A DNA stretch of 64,000 nt from Planctomycetota bacterium (GTDB taxonomy: Bacteria > Planctomycetota > Planctomycetia > Pirellulales > PNKZ01), in contig JAFEBQ010000001.1 in assembly GCA_018242585.1 (NCBI GenBank), positions 40,956-104,955 on the forward strand, read 5' to 3'. Both the position numbers and the translations under genes were made by a program. Under the pieces are notes generated by a model. The model had not been told where the DNA came from, searched no databases, and saw only the letters and a list, made by a program, of their open reading frames with translations. This document shows positions 49,562 to 57,285 of the stretch, piece after piece; within the stretch, counting starts at the first letter, position 1; the number at the start of each line of letters is the position of its first letter.

Positions 49562-49711
49562 AGTTCTCAAAACACTGTGGCCTTCGGCCACAAGAAACCT
49601 CGGGTGCCGTCTCGCTCGGGTGGCGACTTTCCATTTGGGTTGCGCGTGCCCATCGAGTTTCTTGTTGCTGCGCAACACCGATGGCCGAGCCATCGGTGCC
49701 ACCCCTGACGC
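49562..49711. repeat. About 150-nt conserved element, copy 1 of 2
   Basis: Shares ggccacaagaaacctcggg.gccgtc.cgc..gggtggcga.tttccatttgggttg.gcgt.cccatcgagtttcttgttgctgcgcaacaccgatggcc.agccatcggtgccaccc with 58770-58951. Confidence 0.85.
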
Positions 49712-49942
49712 TAGAGGGTAGTGAGACCTACTCTGATCCCCCCGCACAATCGTTACAACCGGCGCTCTGCCGCCCATTCACGGGGCCGCGCGCCGCGTCA
49801 GTCTGGCCGCGTGTCCAAAGCTCGTGAGCTACGGTTTGATTGGATCGGCAGTCCGCTCGTGGCTGGGGCAATGTCTTCAGCCGGTGCGGGATCCAGTCAA
49901 TGTGACGTCGGTACACCGATGACTGTGTGGAACGATTGACCC

Positions 49943-51148
49943 ATGCTGCGCGTTGCGGTTCGTGACATCCACCCGGGAATGATCTTGGCGCGGCCGATCC
50001 CGCTGCCCAACGAGCCGCGCCGCTATCTGTTGCAGCGCGACGTCGAAGTGCCACTGGACCTGGTGCCGCGACTGATGCAGTTGGGCGTGACCGAAATCTG
50101 GGTCCGCCACCGCGACCTGGAATTCCTCGAAGCGGTGATCGACGAAAGCCTCGATCATCAGCAGCGCGAGGTCTACGTCGCCGTCCGCAAGAACTTCGAG
50201 AACTTCATGCACGGCGCCGCCTGCGAGGTGGACGTCCAGCATTTTGAATCGTCGATTGGCGGGTTGTTCGACTATTTGCGCGGCAGCAGTTGTGGCAACA
50301 TGCTGCTGCAAAAGCTCGACGCCTACGACAACTACCTGATGAGCCATTCGACCAATGTTTGCTACTTGTCGCTGCTGTTGGGAATGAAGCTCGAGCGCTA
50401 CCTGATCGACGAGCGTTCAACCCGCTCGCCGCACGAAGCCAAGGACTTGCGCCAGCTCGGCCTGGGCTGCTTGCTGCACGATGTGGGCAAGATGCGCATT
50501 CCGGCCGAAATCCTCAACAAGCCCGCCAAGCTCACGCCGGATGAAATGGCGGTGATGCAGCAGCACACGACGATCGGCTTTCAGATGGTCCGTGGCCGCG
50601 TGGCGCCGGCGGCGGCCCAGGTAGTGCTGAACCATCATCAACGCTTCGACGGTCGCGGCTACCCGGTTCGCGTCGACGCGCGGACCAATGAAACCCTGCC
50701 GCCGCTGCGCGGCAAGCAGATTCCCATCTTCTCGCGCATCGCCACCGTGGCCGACGTGTACGACGCCGCCACCAGCAAACGCATCTACTCGGACGCCAAG
50801 CCGAGCATTCAGGTGCTGCACGAGATGCGGACCTGGTGCCAAGGGGCTTTTGACCCCGTGGTCGAGCAGGCGTTCGCCGAGATCATCCCGCCGTTCCCCA
50901 TCGGCAAGGTCGTGCGGCTGAACAACGGCAACGAAGCCGCGGTCATCGACTTCAACCCGCGCAGTCCGGTGCGGCCCAAGGTGCAAGGCCTGCGTGACTC
51001 GCAGGGCAATCCGTTCCAGTATCCGGAACTGGAAGAGATCGACCTGGCGCTGTATCCGGAAATCCGGATCGACGAGATCGACGGCGTCGATGTTCGCAAG
51101 TACGTGGCGGCCTTCGAAGCCGAACCCGTCCCCGCCGCGATGCTCTAG
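49943..51148 (+). CDS. HD-GYP domain cyclic-di-GMP phosphodiesterase
   Basis: Has HDVGK and HHQRFDGRGYP motifs. The N-terminal domain is uncharacterised. Confidence 0.9.
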   Translation: MLRVAVRDIHPGMILARPIPLPNEPRRYLLQRDVEVPLDLVPRLMQLGVTEIWVRHRDLEFLEAVIDESLDHQQREVYVAVRKNFENFMHGAACEVDVQHFESSIGGLFDYLRGSSCGNMLLQKLDAYDNYLMSHSTNVCYLSLLLGMKLERYLIDERSTRSPHEAKDLRQLGLGCLLHDVGKMRIPAEILNKPAKLTPDEMAVMQQHTTIGFQMVRGRVAPAAAQVVLNHHQRFDGRGYPVRVDARTNETLPPLRGKQIPIFSRIATVADVYDAATSKRIYSDAKPSIQVLHEMRTWCQGAFDPVVEQAFAEIIPPFPIGKVVRLNNGNEAAVIDFNPRSPVRPKVQGLRDSQGNPFQYPELEEIDLALYPEIRIDEIDGVDVRKYVAAFEAEPVPAAML

Positions 51149-51246
51149 GCGATTCGCCAGGCTTCAGGCCGATCGTCGGTTGGGAATTTCGACCACGAGG
51201 GCAAAGTCGACACTTCTTTTGTAGGGTGCTCTCCGAGCACCTGATC

Positions 51247-51350
51247 GGTGCGCTGCCAACGTCAAAGAGTTGGCCCTGGCACTCACTCCAGCCGCCGTGC
51301 AAGCAGGAATTCGACCACGACGGCACGACGGACACGACGTAAAGGCAGGG
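51247..51350. repeat. Direct repeat, left copy, flanking the small membrane ORF
   Basis: ggtgcgctgccaacgtcaaagagttg...caggaattcgaccacgacggcacgacg..aaaggc, repeated at 51687-51778. Confidence 0.75.
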
Positions 51351-51395
51351 AGCAATCTTGGGATAGTCGCGACTCGTCGGTTAGAATGGGTCGTC

Positions 51396-51713
51396 ATGGA
51401 CGCAGTGCTTGAGATCATCGGGTGGGTCTTCGTGTGCATGCTTCAGGCAATTGCGGCCCTGCACTGGCCGAGCGACGATCCAAAGGTTCGCCGACTGCAA
51501 CGATGGTGCTTGATTAGTCTGCTCGCCGGTATTGTCGCCGTGGGCGGTTCGATCGCACTGGCCTACTTTTCGTTTGGTTGGCCGGCCGTCGTTCTACTTA
51601 TTTCTGCAATTGCATTGTTCGTCATCGGCGGCATTTTAGGCGGCGATGCGGAACGGCGCTGTCTGAGCGCCTGGAAGCAGCGCAAAGGTGCGCCGCCCAC
51701 GTCAAAGAGTTGA
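51396..51713 (+). CDS. Small three-TM membrane protein, uncertain
   Basis: 105 aa from Met43 of the track ORF (MDAVLEIIGWVFVCMLQAIAAL...). Its last codons and stop lie inside the right direct repeat. Confidence 0.35.
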   Translation: MDAVLEIIGWVFVCMLQAIAALHWPSDDPKVRRLQRWCLISLLAGIVAVGGSIALAYFSFGWPAVVLLISAIALFVIGGILGGDAERRCLSAWKQRKGAPPTSKS

Positions 51714-51778
51714 CGGCAAGCCTTCGAGCCGCAGGTCAGGCAGGAATTCGACCACGACGGCACGACGTAAAGGCTAGG
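51687..51778. repeat. Direct repeat, right copy
   Basis: Matches 51247-51350 with one internal indel. Confidence 0.75.
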
Positions 51779-51835
51779 AGTACGTCACAAAACGGCCACC
51801 AACAGCGCAAGCACCATTTGCGGCGCAGGCCGCAA

Positions 51836-52001
51836 CACCTCGCCCTTTCAGGGAGAGGTCGGAAGCGCAGCGAACCGGGTGAGGGTAAATACGTCGCAGG
51901 CCAAACATCATGGCGCAACTCGCCGACCACTGACTGCGATGGTTCTCGGCTTGCAGCGCCTTTACCCTCCCCCAGCCCCTCCCTGACAGGGAGGGGTGTT
52001 C
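51836..52001. repeat. About 166-bp paired-hairpin element, copy 3 of 3 (inverted relative to copies 1 and 2)
   Basis: The reverse complement of each arm matches arms B and A of 8098-8264. The spacer is 71 nt and not conserved. Confidence 0.8.
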
Positions 52002-52285
52002 ACCGCGCGCGAGGTAGACGTTTTCTCTTCATGTACGCGCCCGACAAACCCCTGTCCGGCGTCGTGCCCGGCGTGTCGTCGTGGTCGAATTATCTGCCAA
52101 GCAAACGAATCGCCGCGAATCCTGGCTCCTTGATTGGCCGGCGAACTACGGCTAGGATAGGCGCTAGTGGGATTTGCGGCCGCTTGCAGCCAAGACTGCT
52201 AAAGTGCCATTGTCTGTCGAAGCCATTGCCCGTTCGCGCGTCGAATTGGTTACGCCTCGACGACGATTAACTTGAACCAAGCGTG

Positions 52286-52330
52286 CCGCGCTTTGCTCGT
52301 CCAAACACCGAGTGAAGTCGCGGTTTTTTT
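52286..52330 (+). promoter_or_regulatory. Leader hairpin plus U-tract (terminator/attenuator-like) 65 nt upstream of the first PLP gene
   Basis: ccgcgctttgctcg tccaaacac cgagtgaagtcgcgg, followed by ttttttt. Confidence 0.45.
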
Positions 52331-52394
52331 ACGCGCTGTTCGAGCAATCCCGTTGGACCGACGCCCGACACTTGTTTGACCAAGGGGATTCTCG

Positions 52395-53609
52395 ATGACC
52401 AGCCGTTCCAAGCCCACCGCCGGCGAACCCGTCGCCAAGGGTGGCCAGTCCACGCTTGCCGTCCACGCCGGCGAGGCCCGCCAAAAGCCGGGCAACGCCA
52501 TCACCGACGCCATCTTCTGCACCTCGACCTACACGTTTCCGAACACGCAATCGGTCATCGACTTCATCGAGCAGAAGCAGGAGCGCGAAGAATACGGCCG
52601 CTATGGCAATCCCAGCGAAAAGGTCGTCGAGCGCAAGCTGGCCGCCCTCGAAGGGGGCGAAACCGCGCTGTTGTTCGCCAGCGGCATGTCCGCCATCGTC
52701 GGCTTGCTGATGGCCAAGTTGAACTCAGGCGACGAGGTGATCTTCTTCGACGAGTGTTACCACCGCAGCCGCGAGTTCTGCTCGAAGCATCTGTCGCGGT
52801 TCGGCGTCGTCACCCGGCAAGTGCCGATGGGGGATTACGACGCCATGGAAGCGGCCATCACCCCCAAGACCAAGTTGCTGGTCAGCGAGTCGCCCACCAA
52901 TCCGCACCTGAGCGTGGTCGACCTCGAACGCTTCGTCGCCGTCGGTCGCCGGCGGAACGTCGAAACTCTGATCGACGCCACGCTGGGGACGCCCTATAAC
53001 ATTCGCCCGCTGGCCGCCGGCATTGACTATGTGCTCCACTCGGCGACCAAGTATCTGGGCGGGCACAACGACCTGCTGGCCGGGTGCATTATCGGTTCGG
53101 CCGAAAAGCTCGAACCGATCCGCAAGCTGCGCGGCATTCTGGGGGCGGTCAACTCGCCGCACAATATTTACCTGCTCGAGCGCGGGCTCAAGACGTTCGA
53201 GCTGCGCATGCAGCGGCACAACCAGAACGGTCTGGCGGTGGCCGAGTATCTGGCCGAGCACCCGCGGATCGAGCGGGTCTATTACCCAGGCTTGCCGACC
53301 CACAAGTATTACGAAGAAGCCCGCCGCACCATGCGCGGCTATGGCGGCCTGATCACGTTCACGGTCAAGGACGCCGATTGGCGACAGACGGCCGATGTGG
53401 TCGACGCCCTGCGCATTCCGCGGATCGGTCCCAGCCTGGGCGGGGTCGAATCGCTCGTCGAACAGCCGCTGGTGATGAGCTATTTCGAGCTGCCGGTCGA
53501 AGAACGCCAGCGCTACGGTATACCCGACAATATGATTCGCATGTCGTGCGGCATCGAAGACACCGACGACTTGCTGGCCGACCTGGCCCAGGCGCTCGAA
53601 CGGCGCTAA
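52395..53609 (+). CDS. Cys/Met-metabolism PLP-dependent enzyme, cystathionine gamma-synthase-like
   Basis: EYGRYGNPS, SATKYLGGHND (PLP lysine) and full-length family colinearity. Confidence 0.9.
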   Translation: MTSRSKPTAGEPVAKGGQSTLAVHAGEARQKPGNAITDAIFCTSTYTFPNTQSVIDFIEQKQEREEYGRYGNPSEKVVERKLAALEGGETALLFASGMSAIVGLLMAKLNSGDEVIFFDECYHRSREFCSKHLSRFGVVTRQVPMGDYDAMEAAITPKTKLLVSESPTNPHLSVVDLERFVAVGRRRNVETLIDATLGTPYNIRPLAAGIDYVLHSATKYLGGHNDLLAGCIIGSAEKLEPIRKLRGILGAVNSPHNIYLLERGLKTFELRMQRHNQNGLAVAEYLAEHPRIERVYYPGLPTHKYYEEARRTMRGYGGLITFTVKDADWRQTADVVDALRIPRIGPSLGGVESLVEQPLVMSYFELPVEERQRYGIPDNMIRMSCGIEDTDDLLADLAQALERR

Positions 53610-53651
53610 CCCACGCCGCGCTTCACCACCGCTTTGCTCCACGAGGCCGCC

Positions 53652-54797
53652 ATGCAGTTCCGCACCCGAGCGATTCACGTTGGCCAACAGGCCGATCCGC
53701 AGACCGGCGCGGTCGTGCCGCCGATTCACTTGGCCACGACGTTCGTGCAACCAGCGCCAGGCGAATGGGGCGAGTTTGACTACTCGCGCAGCGGCAATCC
53801 CACGCGGAAGAACTTCGAGACCACGCTGGCGTCCCTGGAAGGGGGCTGCGGCGCGCTGGCCTTCGCGTCGGGCATGGCCGCCATTCATTGTGTGACGATG
53901 CTGCTCGAAGCGGGCGATCACATCGTGGCCGGCACCGACATCTATGGCGGGACGTTCCGGCTGTTGAACAAGATTTGCAATCGGGCCGGCGTGACGGTCA
54001 CTCACGCGCCGACCAACGTGCCTGGCATCTTGAAGCAGGCGATCAAGCCGGAAACCAAGTTGATTTGGATCGAGACGCCGGGCAATCCGCTGTTCAGCAT
54101 TACCGACCTGGCGGCCTGCGCGCAGTTCGCGCGCGAGCGCGGGATTCTGACCGCCGTCGATAACACCTTCGCCACGCCGGTGCTGACCCGGCCGCTGGAG
54201 CTGGGCATCGACATCGTCATGCACTCGGCGACCAAGTACCTGGGGGGCCATAGCGACGCGCTCGGCGGCGCGCTGGTCGTCAAGGACGCCGAGCTGTTCA
54301 AGCGCTTGTACTTCGTCCAGAATGCGACCGGCGCGGTGATGGCACCGCTGGAGGCATTTTTGTGCTCGCGTGGCGTCAAGACGCTGGAACTGCGCGTGCT
54401 CGAACAATGTCGCACGGCGCAGAAGATCGCCGAGTTTCTGGCGGCCCATCCCAAGGTGGCCCGTGTCTATTACCCCGGTCTGAAGGACCACCACGGCCAC
54501 GCGATTGCCGCCCGGCAAATGCAGGGAGGCTTCGGCGCGATGCTCAGCTTTGACCTGGCCGGCGGCCTCGACGCGGCCCGCCGGTTGATCGACACGGTCG
54601 AACTGTTCCAGTTGGCGGTCAGCCTGGGAGCCGTTGAATCGTTGATCGAACACGCGGCCACGATGTCGCACGCCAGCTACGAAGCCTCGGCCCGCGCGGC
54701 CGCCGGCATCGGCGACGGGCTGATCCGTCTGAGCGTCGGCTTGGAAGCGTTCGAAGACCTGCGCGACGACCTGACCCGCGGCCTGGATGCGGTTTGA
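53652..54797 (+). CDS. Cys/Met-metabolism PLP-dependent enzyme, cystathionine beta/gamma-lyase-like
   Basis: YSRSGNPTR and SATKYLGGHSD are present. The start was chosen at Met7 (MQFRTRAIHVG). Confidence 0.9.
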   Translation: MQFRTRAIHVGQQADPQTGAVVPPIHLATTFVQPAPGEWGEFDYSRSGNPTRKNFETTLASLEGGCGALAFASGMAAIHCVTMLLEAGDHIVAGTDIYGGTFRLLNKICNRAGVTVTHAPTNVPGILKQAIKPETKLIWIETPGNPLFSITDLAACAQFARERGILTAVDNTFATPVLTRPLELGIDIVMHSATKYLGGHSDALGGALVVKDAELFKRLYFVQNATGAVMAPLEAFLCSRGVKTLELRVLEQCRTAQKIAEFLAAHPKVARVYYPGLKDHHGHAIAARQMQGGFGAMLSFDLAGGLDAARRLIDTVELFQLAVSLGAVESLIEHAATMSHASYEASARAAAGIGDGLIRLSVGLEAFEDLRDDLTRGLDAV

Positions 54798-56391
54798 GTT
54801 GGTGGTCCGTTGTCAGTTGTCCGTGGTCAGTTGCTGGCGGAAGCGATTAGCGATTAGCCTGCAGTGCCGCTCTACAAAGGCAACGGGCATCCATCATCAC
54901 CTGGCGCGCGCCAACCCTTCTCCCTCCGGGAGAAGGTGGCCGAAGGCCGGATGAGGGTCCGCGCCGCCTCTCTCTAAGACATGGAAGTCCAACCACGACG
55001 ACACGACGTCGGAAATACGGCGGCAGATTGAACCGCAGAGGCGCAAAGGACGCCAAGGCAGACTTCACCACAGAGGCACAGAGGACACAGAGTTAGGAAA
55101 TGACGAAATCCGCATGACGAAGAGCATTCGACCACGACGACACGACGGGCGCGACGCCGGAAATGCGGCAGCAGTTTGAACCGCAAAGACGCAAAGGACG
55201 CAAAGAAATCGGCAGGGAAGAGGGGAGCAAAGGAGACAAAGGATGTTTAGTTGGAGGGCCGCAAGTCCACCTGCGTGTTTCGGCGAATCGTAACTTTTTT
55301 TCCGACGTCGTGTCCGTCGTGTCGTCGTGGTCGAATGCTCTTTGCCTTCCTTAGCGCCCTTTGCGTCTTTGCGGTTCAAGTTTCCGATGCCCGGGTACAA
55401 CGGACCACTGACCACTGACCGATCCGCGCGCAGCGCCGCCTGGGATGTTGCGGCTGCGCCGCCAGCGACTTCGCGGCAGGCGTCCCCCGGAGGAGGCGAC
55501 TGTTCTTGCTTGGTTAGTGGTGCGCTCAGATTCACGGGCCAAAGGCCCGAGCACCCGAGCGCTCGCATGTCGCCCCCGACTGCCGCGCGTGTTTGCGGCT
55601 GCGTGCTGTCGGAGACGCCTGCTCGCTGGGACACATTCCGCCTCGTCAGCGCTGTCGTGTCCACCTCCAACTTCGGGTGGCTTATGCTCGCCCGACGCGG
55701 TGCCCCCGCATCGTCGAGACCTGAACAGGCCGCGGTCGTTTCCGGCATCTCAACGATTCGCTGGGACGTCACTTCCAGCGGCGTTGCGAAGGGTGTGTCA
55801 GGCCGTGCCTCCGGTGAAGGAGGCAGCCGGTACCGCGCGTGCGGAACAAGAACGATCCGGGCGGCAGAGGGCTGTGGTTTCGTCTGACAAGTCTGGGGGC
55901 GTCCGTGCCAGCGCATGCTCCGTTTCGAGCGTTTCGACACCCTTCGGACCGGCGTACTAAGGGGGGATGGTCGCAGAACCAGCGCCGACGCGAAAGGGAA
56001 TTTGTGGCCGGGTGCTTTTTTGTCCGTGGTCAGTGGTCCGTTGTCAGTGGTGGAAGGCATTGCCGTGGAGTGCAACTGACAACTGACAACTGACAACTGA
56101 CGAAACCATCCATCATCACTGGGCGCGCGCAAACTCTTCTCCCTCCGGGAGAAGGGTGTAGTTCAAACCGCGCCCGCCAGGGGCGCCAACGCTGATCCTT
56201 GCTAGTCGATTCCGTCATTCCCGCCTGCGCGGGAATGACGCTTGAAACTCGAATGCCGCGGATTGATCCGCGCGCAGTTCGTAGGTCAGGCCTTGGCCTG
56301 ACATCATCGTGGTCGCCGATTGCGAGAGAGAGCTGTCAATTGACTCGCACGCACAATATCGTCAGGCTGAAGCCGGACCTATGGGGCAGGT
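54798..56391. repeat. 1.6-kb non-coding repeat nest with a unique core
   Basis: Contains these repeat units: gttgtcagttgtc / ccactgaccactgacc runs; cccttctccctccgggagaagg hairpins (54915, 56134); three cgaccacgacgacacgacg...gaaatrcggc.gcag.ttgaaccgca.ag.cgcaaaggacgc units (54977, 55125, and inverted at 55296); a half ATTCCC-N8-GGGAAT element (56212-56240); and the gtaggtcagg element (56281-56382). About 55430-56000 is unique sequence with no convincing ORF. Confidence 0.8.
56281..56382. repeat. 102-bp double-hairpin element, copy 2 of 2 (family of 12151-12251)
   Basis: The left arm is identical (gtaggtcaggccttggcctgacat). The right arm is degenerate (gtcaggctgaagccggacctat). Confidence 0.8.
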
Positions 56392-56967
56392 CTAATGATA
56401 CTGACCGAAATACGGCGGAACCTGTGTTGGGAGGTACGGCCATTCGACTCTGTTACGAAGTGTTGCTGTTGCGGCCTCAGCTTGAGCGCTCGTGAGAAAG
56501 ACGGCTGATAGGAACTCGCCACCAAGAACCGCGTAGAGGCGATGGTCGGACGTCGTCAACTGATCGTTAACGATCGCGAAGAATGCAAATGTGGCTGCGC
56601 CCCAGGTGTGGACGCTCTCGTTTATCGCGTCATAGACCTGGAATGTCTTGTCACGATATTTCACCGAGTATCCTCGTTCGTCATCAACCTCCGTGATAGT
56701 TGTGGGCTGCGACACAAATTGCTGGAGTGAGGGGAGAAGATTGTTGTACGCGTCGACAATGCCGTTTTCCGCGAGGCACTCAGCGTCAAGATGATGCAGG
56801 CTGCCGTAATAGAGCAGGGCAGACTCGTACGGATCAGTGATCACTTGAGATCGCAATCGATGAGAATACGGATAACCATGCACATTACTTGTGGCCCTCG
56901 CTACATATCGCACACGGTAAGCCGTTGCGGTAGGTTTAACAACGAGCAATTCATCTTGAGTTGTCAC
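56392..56967 (-). CDS. Hypothetical protein in a lower-GC patch
   Basis: 191-aa ORF with a protein-like composition rich in Y/F/N/T/V. No motif recognised. The local sequence is visibly more AT-rich than the window. Confidence 0.5.
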   Translation of the reverse strand: MTTQDELLVVKPTATAYRVRYVARATSNVHGYPYSHRLRSQVITDPYESALLYYGSLHHLDAECLAENGIVDAYNNLLPSLQQFVSQPTTITEVDDERGYSVKYRDKTFQVYDAINESVHTWGAATFAFFAIVNDQLTTSDHRLYAVLGGEFLSAVFLTSAQAEAATATLRNRVEWPYLPTQVPPYFGQYH

Positions 56968-57285
56968 TTGGGCACAGCCAATCGAGTCGTTTGAACTGAC
57001 CGTGCAAACTTCTCGCGTCGCCCCACCGCCCCCCGCTAGCTGACGACGATGATTTGGTGCCCATAGGGCACCCTACCAGGCATCTGCTGGCGTTCTAACT
57101 GCCGCGACGCACACCGCACTGCTATCACGCCCAGCCAGGAAAATAGGGACTCTGCGGGCCTCGGGTATACCGTTCAAAGTTTAACGATTTTCCTGAAAGT
57201 TCCGGTCGCGTAGTTTCCGATAACCAGGGTGGAAAATCCGGCGCTGGGTTTTGCGCGCCGGGCCATTTTGGAAAGGGAATACGCG

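Noticed and set aside
52725-54671. 648-aa minus-strand ORF
   Set aside because: It is antisense to the two Cys/Met PLP genes, both of which carry the SATKYLGGH PLP-lysine motif.
55790-55850. SRP (4.5S) RNA-like string gtgtcaggccgtgcctccggtgaaggaggcagcc
   Set aside because: It resembles GGUCAGGUCCGGAAGGAAGCAGCC only superficially. The AGG of the symmetric loop does not abut the apical stem. The loop is a hexaloop. The flanks cannot form the long closing helix.
55065-56132. 355-aa minus-strand ORF in the repeat nest
   Set aside because: Both ends are translations of repeat units (TTDNGPLTTDK, LCVLCVFAVQ). The centre lacks hydrophobic periodicity. I treat it as non-coding.
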